DNA of 64,000 bases from Candidatus Uhrbacteria bacterium (GTDB lineage Bacteria > Patescibacteriota > Patescibacteriia > UBA9934 > GWF2-40-263): assembly GCA_016188495.1 (NCBI GenBank), contig JACPHU010000002.1, forward strand, positions 111,466 through 175,465, in the 5' to 3' direction. Below, piece after piece: positions 19,509 through 29,908 of this stretch; the first letter of the stretch is position 1, and each line of letters opens with the position of its first letter. The translations under genes and the position numbers were made by a program. Under the pieces are notes generated by a model. That model was not told where the DNA came from, did not search any database, and was given only the letters and a program-made list of their open reading frames with translations.

Positions 19509-20870
19509 TTGAAGAGGTCTTTTATACCAGTCCCATTGGGATGACGATTGTTGGAACAGATGGAGCGTTGTGCCTTGCCGATCTATCCAAAAGATTCCAG
19601 GTAAGTCTTTGAGGAGAATGGTTTGAGAAAGAATGCGCGCACCATCCAAAGTAAGTGCTGTGGTTGTTCCGTCGGACTGATAGATTGCTGTATTTCCTTC
19701 CGGGTACCAGTCCAAGTGAGTGATGGGACGACTCAGTCGTACAAGAGTGTCTGTTTGGTGTGTGGTTTGAACGTATCGTTTAATATCGTAACCGCTTGAG
19801 TACAGGAGAATGTCTCCGGAAGCATTCCATTTCCACAAAGAGGCCTCCTCATCAAAGAGAATAGGCTGTTCTTTATTTACGGGATCAATCAGAATAAGTC
19901 GATTTTGACGATCGTTATGTAACCCTATTAAGTTCTTTGGAGTTTCTACAAACGTATATTCTCCAAGGGGGAGATACGTGATGATGGAAGCTGTTGCGCC
20001 ATCTTGATAAGAGATCACTTCTTTGTTATTGGCTTGTGAAACAGTTATTTCCTTTTCGGAATGACTGATAATCGCTGAAGCCTTAAAGTTAAGAGGAGTT
20101 AATTCTCTTGTTGAAAGAGAGAAACGAGATATCTTCTCTTTTGAAAGGAGATAGAGTTGATCGTTTTTTCCCGCATCCCACCAGATACGGTCAATAGGAT
20201 CTTCGGTTTGGGGAAGTTCAATGAGTTCTCCATTACTTACATGCGAAATGGTCATTTGGATGTGCGATTCTTTACTTCGTTCAAGTGATAAAAAGGTTCC
20301 CTCTGATGACCAAGAAAGATCATAGGTGCTTTCTGAATCATAAGGCAGTCGCATGAGAAGTTTTTTTTGAGCATCTTCTACGTGTACCCGCCAGACTTCA
20401 AGCCAGGAGCTTTCTTGAGTGATATAAGCAAAACTGTCTGTTTTTGGATTGATCGAGAGGTCTATGAGGCCGATCATCTTTTCTTGTTCGGGTTGTTTGT
20501 CTAAAAAGAGGACGACCTCGTTGAGGATGCGTGCCTCCCGACTCAAAAAAGACAAAGAGGTTTCCCAAGGAAGGTAGCCGGTTTTTTGAAGGGTAATGAG
20601 ATGTTCTCCAGGAACGATGGTATTGATGACGGCAGGAGTTCGGTCTGTGGAGGGGAGTGTATCGATGAGAATCATCGCATTTCGAGGAATGCTTGAAATA
20701 TTCAAGATAGCCGTATGGACGATTCTTCCGTGAGAAAGATCAAAACGATATCCTGCCGTGTAGAGGACAATCAAAGGGGCAGAGATAAGAAAAGCAAACA
20801 AAAAGATGAGAAAGAGAATCAGGCGAAAGGGTTTGGACATATCATGTTCTATTGTATATCCTGTAGACAT
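19503..20870 (-). CDS. Membrane-anchored PEGA-domain + beta-propeller protein
   Basis: N-terminal TM. PEGA-like segment 'ISSIPRNAMILIDT...VPGEHLITLQKTGYLPWET'. Repetitive beta-strand-rich C-terminal region. Confidence 0.6.
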   Translation of the reverse strand: MSTGYTIEHDMSKPFRLILFLIFLFAFLISAPLIVLYTAGYRFDLSHGRIVHTAILNISSIPRNAMILIDTLPSTDRTPAVINTIVPGEHLITLQKTGYLPWETSLSFLSREARILNEVVLFLDKQPEQEKMIGLIDLSINPKTDSFAYITQESSWLEVWRVHVEDAQKKLLMRLPYDSESTYDLSWSSEGTFLSLERSKESHIQMTISHVSNGELIELPQTEDPIDRIWWDAGKNDQLYLLSKEKISRFSLSTRELTPLNFKASAIISHSEKEITVSQANNKEVISYQDGATASIITYLPLGEYTFVETPKNLIGLHNDRQNRLILIDPVNKEQPILFDEEASLWKWNASGDILLYSSGYDIKRYVQTTHQTDTLVRLSRPITHLDWYPEGNTAIYQSDGTTTALTLDGARILSQTILLKDLPGIFWIDRQGTTLHLFQQSSSQWDWYKRPLQN

Positions 20871-20872
20871 CT

Positions 20873-22168
20873 ATGGCGATAACATCAAGATCTTTTCCTC
20901 GTTCTTTTTTTGTCTTATCTGTATGCTTAACAACGATTATTACCTTTAGTCTTGGATTTTTTATCGGAGAATCCAGAGGAGTTCAATCGGTTGTTCCGCA
21001 AGGTCAAGGACAGGTATTGGACCAGGGCGATGTTCCAAATTATCTTCAAGAAGATATTGATTTTAAGCAATTTTGGAATATTTGGAGTTTGGTCAAAGAA
21101 GAGTTTTACCGTCAGCCTGTTTCGGATATTGATTTGTATTATGGCGCACTCAAAGGCTTAGTGGCAGGATTAGACGATCCTTACTCTGTCTATTTTGATC
21201 CCGAAGAGGCTGCAGAATTCGCTGCTAATCTCGAGGGTTCTTTTGAAGGTATCGGTGCAGAAATCGGTATAAAAGATGACAAGCTTCAAATCGTTGCCCC
21301 TCTGAAAGGGATGCCAGCTGATCAGGCAGGTTTGCTTCCTGGGGACTGGATCGTGATGATTGATACAACAGAAACAACGGGGATGAGTGTTGAGAAAGCG
21401 ATTTCGCTTATTCGAGGAGAAAAGGGGACGGAAGTTGTGTTAACCATTAGTCGTGAAGGAACAAATGATTTAATGGAAGTTTCTATTATTCGCGATAAGA
21501 TTGTGGTTGATAGCGTAAAATGGACCACAGATGAACAAAACGTGATGACTATTTCTATTTCTACGTTTAATCATGACACATCAGCTCTTTTCACTCAGGC
21601 GATACAGCAGGCTCTTGAACAGAATGTTTCAGGGATTATCCTTGATCTGCGCAGCAATCCGGGAGGATTGCTCACCACAGCCATTGATATTTCTTCTGCC
21701 TGGGTAGGTTATGATCCTGTGGTGATCGAACGAACAAAACAAGAAGCCAATACCTTTAAGGGAATTATGCCACCACGCCTTCAGGGGATTCCTACGGTTA
21801 TTCTTGTGAATGGGGGAAGTGCTTCGGCCTCTGAAATTGTTTCCGGCGCTCTTCAGGATTACGGATATGCGACAGTGGTGGGAACCCAAACATTTGGAAA
21901 GGGTTCCGTGCAGGATTATCAAGAGCTTCCTGATGGATCTTCTGTAAAAATTACAACGGCTGAATGGTATACTCCAAAAGGACGTACGATTAACAAAACG
22001 GGTATTTCTCCAGACGTAGAGATCCCTTATTCTTTAGAGGAATATAAGGCAGGTATCGATCCTCAGCATGACGTTGCGTTAGAGATTATTTTTGGAACCT
22101 ATGACCCAAAACAAAACACGACCGAAGAAAGTGATCCCGCAAAAGATCCAGCAACGGGTATCAATTAG
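20873..22168 (+). CDS. ctpA: Carboxyl-terminal processing protease (S41 family, PDZ domain)
   Basis: PDZ segment 'GLLPGDWIVMID'. Catalytic 'VNGGSASASEIVSGALQDYG...GKGSVQ'. Confidence 0.85.
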   Translation: MAITSRSFPRSFFVLSVCLTTIITFSLGFFIGESRGVQSVVPQGQGQVLDQGDVPNYLQEDIDFKQFWNIWSLVKEEFYRQPVSDIDLYYGALKGLVAGLDDPYSVYFDPEEAAEFAANLEGSFEGIGAEIGIKDDKLQIVAPLKGMPADQAGLLPGDWIVMIDTTETTGMSVEKAISLIRGEKGTEVVLTISREGTNDLMEVSIIRDKIVVDSVKWTTDEQNVMTISISTFNHDTSALFTQAIQQALEQNVSGIILDLRSNPGGLLTTAIDISSAWVGYDPVVIERTKQEANTFKGIMPPRLQGIPTVILVNGGSASASEIVSGALQDYGYATVVGTQTFGKGSVQDYQELPDGSSVKITTAEWYTPKGRTINKTGISPDVEIPYSLEEYKAGIDPQHDVALEIIFGTYDPKQNTTEESDPAKDPATGIN

Positions 22169-22643
22169 ACAGATTCCTGAACGTCCTTCCAAAAAAGAAC
22201 CTGTTCAACGAGAGGTATCTGCTGGGGGTATTGTGTTTCGTAAGGTAGGGAATACGATTTCTTTTGCCGTGATGAAAGATTCTTATGGGAAATGGACTTT
22301 TCCTAAAGGGCATGTGGAATTAGGCGAGGATTTAGAGGAAGCAGCTGCCCGTGAGACGCTCGAAGAATTGGGATTAGAACAAATTCGTTTGTTGGATTAT
22401 CTAGGGAAAATCGATATTTGGTTTCGGGATAAATTTCATAAAAAAGGACAGCTTATCCATAAGGATATCCATTATTATCTTTTCCAAACCCTTGCTGAGA
22501 GTCAACTTCATCCAGACCCTGAAGAACACGTCTATGAGGCAAAATGGGTTTCATTGAGTAAGGTTGAACGTGTTTCAAGCTACGCAGATATGGTACCCAT
22601 TGTGAAACGGGCTATTGAGATTTTGAAACAAACTCAAAGATAA
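22092..22643 (+). CDS. Nudix hydrolase (start uncertain; overlaps ctpA 3' end)
   Basis: Nudix box 'GHVELGEDLEEAAARETLEELG'. Confidence 0.7.
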   Translation: MEPMTQNKTRPKKVIPQKIQQRVSIRQIPERPSKKEPVQREVSAGGIVFRKVGNTISFAVMKDSYGKWTFPKGHVELGEDLEEAAARETLEELGLEQIRLLDYLGKIDIWFRDKFHKKGQLIHKDIHYYLFQTLAESQLHPDPEEHVYEAKWVSLSKVERVSSYADMVPIVKRAIEILKQTQR

Positions 22644-22646
22644 ACT

Positions 22647-23036
22647 TTGTTTATGAAGTTGACGTTTAGTGGACGTGTGGAACAAGGTGAAGGAATGGCC
22701 ACACGCTTGGGATGTCCCACGGCCAATATCGCTATAAAAGCAGGTCTTCTGATTCCAGGACTTGGTGTGTATGTTGGGGAAGCTGACTTGCAGGGAGTTC
22801 GATATCCGGCTCTTATTTGTATCAGCGACGGACGTACAGGAGTAAATTTAAAAATGGAGGTCCATTTACTTGGATTTAATCAAGATCTTACAGGCAAATA
22901 CCTTCACGTTATTCTTCACGAGAAACTGCGCGACATCGTTCCTTTTCCCGGAGAAGAAGAGATGGCTCGCATGATTGAGAACGATCTTTTTCAAGCTCGG
23001 GAATGGTTTGCTCACAAATCGACGTCCGCACTATGA
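22647..23036 (+). CDS. Riboflavin kinase (monofunctional, RibF C-terminal-domain type)
   Basis: 'GEGMATRLGCPTAN' matches the GxGxGxxxGFPTAN motif. Confidence 0.75.
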   Translation: MFMKLTFSGRVEQGEGMATRLGCPTANIAIKAGLLIPGLGVYVGEADLQGVRYPALICISDGRTGVNLKMEVHLLGFNQDLTGKYLHVILHEKLRDIVPFPGEEEMARMIENDLFQAREWFAHKSTSAL

Positions 23037-23058
23037 GTATGATCTGCCAGCCAGGTTA

Positions 23059-23086
23059 TAAACAGGTGTAAAATAAACCTGTTTTC
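23059..23086 (+). terminator. Terminator after the riboflavin kinase gene
   Basis: AAACAGGT-gtaaaataa-ACCTGTTT then T-rich. Confidence 0.5.
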
Positions 23087-23140
23087 AAATATTTAAGCCC
23101 ATGTTACTATTATCCCCGTAAAAATTAAGTTTTCTATTTT

Positions 23141-23422
23141 ATGGCAAAGATGACTAAGAGCCAATTCATGGCATCCTTCGGAGAGATGCTCGGCATTTCA
23201 AAAAAAGAGGCAACAGAGAAGTGGGAGGCATTTGTTGAAATGGCTTTGAAAGAAGTTCGTCAAGGCGGGGAGTTCAATCTTCCAAGCCTTGGAAAGCTTA
23301 TCAAAAAGACTCGTGCCGCTCGCACAGGTCGCAATCCATTGACAGGCGCTTCCATTCAAATTCCGGCAAAGACCGTTGTCAAATTCCGTGTTGCAAAATC
23401 TGCAAAGGATTCCGTACTTTAA
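23141..23422 (+). CDS. hup: HU-family DNA-binding protein
   Basis: 'RTGRNPLTGASIQIPAKTVVKFRVAK' is the HU arm signature. Confidence 0.9.
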   Translation: MAKMTKSQFMASFGEMLGISKKEATEKWEAFVEMALKEVRQGGEFNLPSLGKLIKKTRAARTGRNPLTGASIQIPAKTVVKFRVAKSAKDSVL

Positions 23423-23443
23423 ATAAGTACGATAAAAGTCGCT

Positions 23444-23464
23444 TAAAAGAGCGACTTTTATATT
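23444..23464 (+). terminator. Terminator after the HU gene
   Basis: AAGTCGCT-taaaag-AGCGACTT + TTATATTT. Confidence 0.6.
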
Positions 23465-23481
23465 TCTTTGATTAATTTTTT

Positions 23482-24597
23482 ATGCAAGATACCAAAGAAA
23501 AAGCGATTTTAATGGATTTAATTCATCCTCGTCTGGGAAAGGAACAAGCGTTAGAACGAATGGTTGAACTTGAGGAGTTGGTGAATACCTATGGAGGCAT
23601 TGTCATTGTGAAAGCCTGGCAGAAACGTTTTTCTCCACATCCAAAAACATATATCGGGACAGGAAAGGTGGAGCTATTAGGTCAGGAAGCAAAGACATTG
23701 GGGGCAAAATTATTGATTATCAATGCTCAACTTAAACCCCGCCAACTTTATGATCTCTCAGAAATGCTTAAACCGTTTAAGGTTCAGGTGTGGGATCGAA
23801 TTGATTTAATTCTGAAGATTTTTGCCAAGCATGCCCGTACCACTGAGGCAAAACTTGAAATTGAACTTGCATGTGTGCGTCATATGGGTCCCAGAATTTT
23901 TGGTATGGGTATGGAGTTATCTCGACAGGGTGGAGGAATTGGAACCGTAGGTATTGGTGAGACAAATATTGAACGCATGAAACGGCATTTAAAAGAGAAA
24001 GAACGACGTCTGAAAGACAAATTGAAAGCCTATGAAAACGGAAGGGAATTAACGCGTACACACAGAACTCGTCGCGGATTTAAGACTGTTTCTGTGGTTG
24101 GTTATACCAATGCCGGTAAAACAACGTTATTGAATGCCCTTACAGGCAGAAAGGAATATGTGGCAGATAAGTTATTTGCCACGCTTGATACTCGTGTGGG
24201 CCAGTTGTTCCTCCCACAGAGCCAGAGTGTTGCTCTTGTGTCTGATACGATTGGTTTTATTAAAGATCTTCCTCCGGAACTCCTTAATGCTTTTTCTTCC
24301 ACGTTATCGGAGGCTGTGGATGCAGATGTGCTTCTTCATGTGATTGACGGAAGCGATCCTGATTGGGAAAAGCGTTTTTATGTGGTTGAAAGCATTTTAA
24401 ATCAGTTAGGACTTGCAGCTACTCCTACGATTCTGGTGGTGAATAAAGAGGATCAAATATCTAAGGAAAGAAAGTCCACTATTGAGAAACAATGGCAAGA
24501 TCGAGAATTTTTTTGGATTTCTGCCGCTTCTGCTACAGGTCTTGAATTCTTGGTAGAGAAAATTGAACAGGTTTTTTTAGAAAAAACGTTTAAATAA
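23482..24597 (+). CDS. hflX: GTPase HflX
   Basis: N-terminal HflX domain; G1 'GYTNAGKTTLLNALTG'; 'FATLDT'. Confidence 0.9.
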   Translation: MQDTKEKAILMDLIHPRLGKEQALERMVELEELVNTYGGIVIVKAWQKRFSPHPKTYIGTGKVELLGQEAKTLGAKLLIINAQLKPRQLYDLSEMLKPFKVQVWDRIDLILKIFAKHARTTEAKLEIELACVRHMGPRIFGMGMELSRQGGGIGTVGIGETNIERMKRHLKEKERRLKDKLKAYENGRELTRTHRTRRGFKTVSVVGYTNAGKTTLLNALTGRKEYVADKLFATLDTRVGQLFLPQSQSVALVSDTIGFIKDLPPELLNAFSSTLSEAVDADVLLHVIDGSDPDWEKRFYVVESILNQLGLAATPTILVVNKEDQISKERKSTIEKQWQDREFFWISAASATGLEFLVEKIEQVFLEKTFK

Positions 24598-24626
24598 AAA
24601 ATCAGCCCGGGAAGGCCGATTTTTTA

Positions 24627-24872
24627 TTAGCTCACTAACTCTGCTTTTTTCAGAGCAATCAGATCGTAAGGCTTTCCTTCTCGATCCCATTTTTTGAGCG
24701 TTCGTAATCCTCTTGTAGAAATAATGACCGTGACGGTGCGACCAGTAGATGGGTCTACAAGTCGTTTTTTCTGCAAATTAGGATAGAGTTTACGCTTGGT
24801 TTTGACGTTAGAGTGAGAAACATTGTACCCCGTCGTCGTTTTTTTACCGGTAATAATGCAGGAATGGGACAT
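24627..24872 (-). CDS. rpmB: 50S ribosomal protein L28
   Basis: 'MSHSCIITGKKTTTGYNVSHSNVKTKRK...' matches the L28 N-terminus. Confidence 0.8.
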   Translation of the reverse strand: MSHSCIITGKKTTTGYNVSHSNVKTKRKLYPNLQKKRLVDPSTGRTVTVIISTRGLRTLKKWDREGKPYDLIALKKAELVS

Positions 24873-24929
24873 AAACAGTATGGTTTAATGATGTGAGGAG
24901 TATAACTGAACGCTTTAAAAGTGTCCAGA

Positions 24930-25001
24930 TGAGACTGTTACAAAACTAGCGATCTTGCCTGCCTACCGGTAGGTAGGTCTCATCGAGTTTTGTAACAGTC
25001 T
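24930..25001. repeat. Palindromic repeat element, copy C (short form): 19-bp outer inverted repeat flanking core CGATCTTGCC...TCTCATCG with internal palindrome CCTACCGGTAGG
   Basis: Left arm 'gagactgttacaaaactag' and right arm 'cgagttttgtaacagtctc' are complementary. Conserved sub-terminal 'aaaact.g cgatcttgcc' and 'tctcat cgagtttt' are shared with copies A, B and E. Confidence 0.7.
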
Positions 25002-25050
25002 CTCACGTAACAATCTCAAGATCCTATTTTTATGTTAAAATAGCTTTAAT

Positions 25051-25587
25051 ATGCAGCAAAATCTTCCAAAGTCCTGGATTTTTGTTTTTTTGGTGGTAAC
25101 GACACTAGTGATCGTCATTCTTCTGATTGGTCCAGAAAAACAAATTTCTAAGCAAAAACAAGTGGAACAGTCTCAGCAAACCACGGAACCATCCAGATCC
25201 ACTACGTTTGAATCTATGTTGGAAGCTGCGGACAATGCTATTTATGTTGAGAACCAAAAAACGGGAGCATCCTCTGTACAGATAGGATTCGTTGTCCTTT
25301 CCCGTCCGGGCTATGTCGTTGTTTTTAATGATCAGCAAGGAATTCCTGGATCTGTGATCGGTCAATCCGATCTCCTCTCCTCAGGCGGAGAACATTTTGC
25401 TATACCAGTGAGCAATCCTCTTCAAGAAGGGGAAGTCTACTATGCCATACTCTATCACGACGACGGAGATGAGCGATTGCGTTTAGAGAAAGACGTGCAG
25501 GTCACTGATAGTCAAAATTCAGTCATTCTGATGAATTTTATTGCCTCGCAAGAGGCAGAACCTGAACAAGGAGCCATTGCTCCTTGA
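25051..25587 (+). CDS. Membrane-anchored hypothetical protein
   Basis: N-terminal TM 'IFVFLVVTTLVIVILLIG'; no recognised domain. Confidence 0.45.
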   Translation: MQQNLPKSWIFVFLVVTTLVIVILLIGPEKQISKQKQVEQSQQTTEPSRSTTFESMLEAADNAIYVENQKTGASSVQIGFVVLSRPGYVVVFNDQQGIPGSVIGQSDLLSSGGEHFAIPVSNPLQEGEVYYAILYHDDGDERLRLEKDVQVTDSQNSVILMNFIASQEAEPEQGAIAP

Positions 25588-25671
25588 AGATTTCTTTCAT
25601 TTAGAGTATCTTCGGCAAAGGATTATCGCAGGTACGTGGTAATCTGTTGGTCGTTCTTTGGAGACAGTAAC

Positions 25672-26106
25672 ATGTCCAGACTCAGATCTCATCAGGTAGG
25701 CCATGGTTCCGGTTCTCCAGCAACCACGAGCAAGAAGGATGCTTACAGCGCTTTTCAATCGCTCAGTGGTCGATTCAAAGCAGGTGGAGAGATTCATGGG
25801 GAAGAGCTGTTTGAGTTGGCGGTTTCTACCACAAGGAATTTTTCCGGCATGGATAGTACCCAGGTTCTGGAAATTTTCCATTTTCTTTTGAGTTTTCGGG
25901 TACGAATGGATGAGAGAGATATCCGTTCTTTTTCCAACAAGATCGAGAAGATCGCCAGATACCTGTCTCCTAAGATTTCACGAAACGGGGAGATGATTCT
26001 CAACCCATTTCTCGGCCGTCTGACGACAGGGCATCAGCTTCGTACCACGATCAACAGAGAAGCCACTCGCGTCGGGCAGATCGAGGCGGCGCTCGTCTTC
26101 GTCTGA
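25672..26106 (+). CDS. Hypothetical protein (higher-GC segment; strand choice uncertain, an 94-aa ORF overlaps on the minus strand)
   Basis: ORF only; elevated GC relative to flanks. Confidence 0.3.
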   Translation: MSRLRSHQVGHGSGSPATTSKKDAYSAFQSLSGRFKAGGEIHGEELFELAVSTTRNFSGMDSTQVLEIFHFLLSFRVRMDERDIRSFSNKIEKIARYLSPKISRNGEMILNPFLGRLTTGHQLRTTINREATRVGQIEAALVFV

Positions 26107-26182
26107 TCTTTTTTCCCTCTTGCTTGAGTCCAGCTATTGAGTTGGGCTCTTTTTTGTTTTTGTGTGTTAAAATGAACTGACT

Positions 26183-26929
26183 ATGCATACCAAAAAAAAT
26201 ACGTTACAGAAAGAATTCATTGAGTCTGACTCTGAAGGACATCTTTTTTGTCGACTTCCTCTTGCTCCGGATGAAAATCGTTCACAACCTCCAAAGCTTT
26301 ATGAAATCACCTGGCGCATTTTTCGTATCATGGCCGAGTTTGTAGAGGGATTTCAATTTCTTTCTGAATCAAGTCGAGAAGTCACGTTTTTCGGATCAGC
26401 CAGACTCAAAAAGAGTCATCGTTGGTATAAGGAGGCGGAGAAACTCGGCAAGATGCTGGCTCAGTGCGGATTCACCGTTATTACAGGAGGAGGCCCTGGA
26501 ATTATGGAGGCAGGGAATAAAGGGGCAAAAGAAGGTGGAGGGGTTTCTATTGGATTAAATATCCAGTTACCAACAGAACAGCGTATTAATCCTTACGTCA
26601 CCAAAGGTCGAGGGTTTCATTATTTTTTTACCAGAAAAGTCATGTTGGCCGCTTCGGCTCAAGCCTACGTTTATTTCCCTGGCGGATTTGGAACCCTCGA
26701 TGAGTTTTTTGAGATCGTGACGCTTATCCAAACAGGTAAAATGCAACGTATTCCCGTTGTGTGCGTAGGGAAAGAATTTTGGTCAGGTTTGTTTGAGTGG
26801 TCACAAAAAGTTCAGCTTGAAAAACTCAAAGTTATTTCCGCAAAAGATATGGATCTTTTTCATGTGGTAGATACAGCTCAGGAGGCCTTTGATATTATCA
26901 CCACTTCTCCCGATCGATCTTTTTTTTAA
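26183..26929 (+). CDS. LOG-family (cytokinin riboside 5'-monophosphate phosphoribohydrolase-like) protein
   Basis: 'GGGPGIMEAGNKGA' and 'PGGFGTLDEFFE' LOG motifs. Confidence 0.85.
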   Translation: MHTKKNTLQKEFIESDSEGHLFCRLPLAPDENRSQPPKLYEITWRIFRIMAEFVEGFQFLSESSREVTFFGSARLKKSHRWYKEAEKLGKMLAQCGFTVITGGGPGIMEAGNKGAKEGGGVSIGLNIQLPTEQRINPYVTKGRGFHYFFTRKVMLAASAQAYVYFPGGFGTLDEFFEIVTLIQTGKMQRIPVVCVGKEFWSGLFEWSQKVQLEKLKVISAKDMDLFHVVDTAQEAFDIITTSPDRSFF

Positions 26930-26932
26930 GAT

Positions 26933-28279
26933 ATGGAACCATTGCGAGTCGCACAAAAAGCTCAAGCATGGGTTGTGGATGTGAACATGGGATATGGTCA
27001 TTCCCGTGCTGCTTACGCATTAAAAGATCTCTCCGCCGGCAGTATTGTTTCTGCAAACGATTATTCGGGTATTCCTCCACAGGATCGAACCTACTGGCAG
27101 GAGAGTCGGGAATTGTACGAATGGATTTCTCGAATGAAACCTATTCCCGTGGTTGGAAATTTTTTGTTTGAGACCATGGATCATTGGCAGCAAATTCCTT
27201 CCTTTTATCCTCGACGAGATTTATCTAAACCCAATACTCAGCTTAAACAAATTTATCGTCTGATTCACAAAGGTTTTGGAAAGCATTTTATCCAGACACT
27301 TTCTCGAACTCCTCTTCCGTTTGTCACAACGTTTTTTATCCCCGCTTTTTTTGCTGATTATTTTGATTATCCAGGCGACATTTGGTGTGTGACCACTGAT
27401 GCGGATATTTCTCGTGCATGGGCGCCGATGGATCCACAGCGCAGTCGGATTAAGTATTTGGCCAGCAATGGCCGTGTGGTAGAACGCCTTAAGCTTTATG
27501 GAGTGCGTGATGATCATATTTTTCTTTCCGGATTTCCTCTTCCAAAAGAACTCGTTGGTGGCCCAACAGGCGAAGTATTAAAAGATTTGCTGACAGAACG
27601 TCTGTGCAATTTAGATCCGAAGGGGATTTTTCATGCTCGTTATGAACGCACTTTGCGAGCACAACTAGGCCCTGCCCGCTGTAAACGAACAACCGCTGCT
27701 CATCCGCTTACTCTTACTTATAGCGTTGGAGGAGCAGGAGCCCAGCGAGCGTTAGGAGTAAAAATTCTTCAAAGTTTGAAGTCGCGGATTGCTCGTCACG
27801 AAATTCGTTTCAATTTATTACCCGGATATCGAAAAGATGCCGCTGTGTACTATCGAAACGCGGTAAAGGAGATCGGATTAAAAAAAGAGTTAGGTAGCTG
27901 GGTCGTCGTTCCTGAACATACCTCGCGAGCTGATTATTTTTCTGATTTTACAGAAATTCTCAAAACAACAGATATTCTTTGGACAAAACCAAGCGAGCTT
28001 TCTTTTTATTGCGGATTGGGAATAGCGATGATCATGGCTCCCCCTATCGGTTCTCAGGAAGATTTTAATCGTGTCTGGCTTAGTTATGTTGGAGGAGGAG
28101 TTTCCCAAAACGATCCTCGATATACCAGTGAATGGCTCTTTGATTGGATCGATTCAGGAGGCGTCGCGCGCATGGCGTGGAATGGGTACATTGAAGCTCC
28201 AACGCACGGAACGTATCGTATCGAAGATTTGGTTTTGGGAAGAAAAAGCGAACTTCATTCATTACCGCTTATTGTGTAA
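26933..28279 (+). CDS. Putative GT-B glycosyltransferase (MGDG-synthase/GT28-like)
   Basis: N-terminal 'GYGHSRAAYAL' resembles GxGHxxAAxA. C-terminal 'ILWTKPSELSFYCGLGIAMIMAP' resembles GT-B C-domain. Confidence 0.45.
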   Translation: MEPLRVAQKAQAWVVDVNMGYGHSRAAYALKDLSAGSIVSANDYSGIPPQDRTYWQESRELYEWISRMKPIPVVGNFLFETMDHWQQIPSFYPRRDLSKPNTQLKQIYRLIHKGFGKHFIQTLSRTPLPFVTTFFIPAFFADYFDYPGDIWCVTTDADISRAWAPMDPQRSRIKYLASNGRVVERLKLYGVRDDHIFLSGFPLPKELVGGPTGEVLKDLLTERLCNLDPKGIFHARYERTLRAQLGPARCKRTTAAHPLTLTYSVGGAGAQRALGVKILQSLKSRIARHEIRFNLLPGYRKDAAVYYRNAVKEIGLKKELGSWVVVPEHTSRADYFSDFTEILKTTDILWTKPSELSFYCGLGIAMIMAPPIGSQEDFNRVWLSYVGGGVSQNDPRYTSEWLFDWIDSGGVARMAWNGYIEAPTHGTYRIEDLVLGRKSELHSLPLIV

Positions 28280-28281
28280 CT

Positions 28282-29862
28282 ATGGACAAAGCGTTAGAAC
28301 ATTTGTTGAACACGATTGTTCAAACAAGGCATCAGACAGAGCTTTCTGAAAAAGAGGAAGATGTCATTAAAGTCTCAGACACCGTTTCTGCGGCTGCCTC
28401 TGTTTATGAAACCGTTCGTAATACACTGGAATACGACGAAGAACATTTGCTTCGACGAAATGCGATCCGTCGTATTTTAAAACGCTGTCTTGTCGAGGGC
28501 TCTCAAGCCCAAATGGCCGGAACGCTTGTTAAGGAATTAATCTGGGCAAGATATCTTCCCAATGGTCGGGTCCCCACCAAAGTTATTGAAAAAGTTGAGT
28601 TGATTTTAGAAAAATACAGCGTCCTTTTTGGAATACTCGAATCGGAAACATCGCAAGGACAGCAAGGGTACGATTGGTTGCTTGATGCGGCTTCCGTAGA
28701 AATGGAATATTTTCTTGTTCCTCCTTCGATCGATGAGGCTCTTGCCAGTTTCGCGTATCAGGAGTTGAAGCGTCGTGTGGACTGGCAGACCCATTCTTTT
28801 CCAGAGGCAGACCGCGACCTCCAACTCTACATCGCCATTCATCGAAGTGTCCTGAATTCAAATCCCGCCACGCTTCGTTATCGTCTCTTAACTCTCTATT
28901 ATCCACATTGGCGCAAAGCAAAAAAAGACGATCTTGTTGTGAAGGAAATCATGACGAATTTGCCCAAAGTGATTGATTCCATCGAAAAGCAAATAGGGCA
29001 TTCTGCACAAGATGACGTTTACCGTTTCATTCGTCGGCATGCCATTATTTTTCACTTGCTCTGCGATATCGCCAAAGATAATCCAGAAGCCTTTACGACT
29101 TCGCTCGTGAGCGGGGATATGGAAAGCATCGATGCAGCCATCACCAAGGCTGCGGAGGCACGTTATGCTCTTTTTAGAAGCAGACTAACAAGAACCGTGA
29201 TGCGAGCCGCATTCTTTTTGTTGCTCACCAAATCCATTCTCGCGTTTTTAGTGGAATATCCTTATGAGGTGTTTATTCTTCAGACGACCGATTTTTTTCC
29301 TTTAACCGTTAATATTCTTTTCCCCCCAATTCTTCTTTCTTTGATTAGTTTAACGATTCGTATCCCCAAATCTGAAAATACCGCTCGGATTCTGGAAGAA
29401 CTTCATGCCATTTTTGGGACAGGAGATGAATTCTCTATTGTATTTAAACGTCGTCGAGCCTGGGGAGGGGTTCTTTGGTGGATATTCAACGGACTCTATC
29501 TCTTGATTCTCGTGTTAATGATTTGGCTGATTGTTTCCACACTCAGAACGTTTCATTTTAACGGATTGTCCATATTCTTTTTTATCTTCTTTCTTTCTTT
29601 AGTTGCGTATTTTGGTTTGCGTATCCGTAATACCCGTCGTGAGTTGGTAGTGATCGATATGTCTCGAGGGATGTTTGGTACGCTTATGGACGTTCTCTTT
29701 CTTCCTATCATTCGAGCTGGTCGTTGGGTTGCCTTGCGGGCGCCGCGAGTGAATATTTTTCTGTTCTTTTTTGATTTTATTATTGAAGCGCCCTTTAAGA
29801 CGGCTATTGGTATTGTGGAAAGTTGGTTGGGGTTCTTACGAGAAAAACGAGAAGAGATTTAG
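28282..29862 (+). CDS. Hypothetical protein with soluble N-terminal half and multi-TM C-terminal half
   Basis: ORF abuts the GT-B-like gene (3-nt gap), suggesting an operon partner. Confidence 0.5.
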   Translation: MDKALEHLLNTIVQTRHQTELSEKEEDVIKVSDTVSAAASVYETVRNTLEYDEEHLLRRNAIRRILKRCLVEGSQAQMAGTLVKELIWARYLPNGRVPTKVIEKVELILEKYSVLFGILESETSQGQQGYDWLLDAASVEMEYFLVPPSIDEALASFAYQELKRRVDWQTHSFPEADRDLQLYIAIHRSVLNSNPATLRYRLLTLYYPHWRKAKKDDLVVKEIMTNLPKVIDSIEKQIGHSAQDDVYRFIRRHAIIFHLLCDIAKDNPEAFTTSLVSGDMESIDAAITKAAEARYALFRSRLTRTVMRAAFFLLLTKSILAFLVEYPYEVFILQTTDFFPLTVNILFPPILLSLISLTIRIPKSENTARILEELHAIFGTGDEFSIVFKRRRAWGGVLWWIFNGLYLLILVLMIWLIVSTLRTFHFNGLSIFFFIFFLSLVAYFGLRIRNTRRELVVIDMSRGMFGTLMDVLFLPIIRAGRWVALRAPRVNIFLFFFDFIIEAPFKTAIGIVESWLGFLREKREEI

Positions 29863-29908
29863 GGAGGTACTTTTAGAGAGATTTCTCTCGACTTTATATT
29901 AAATAATC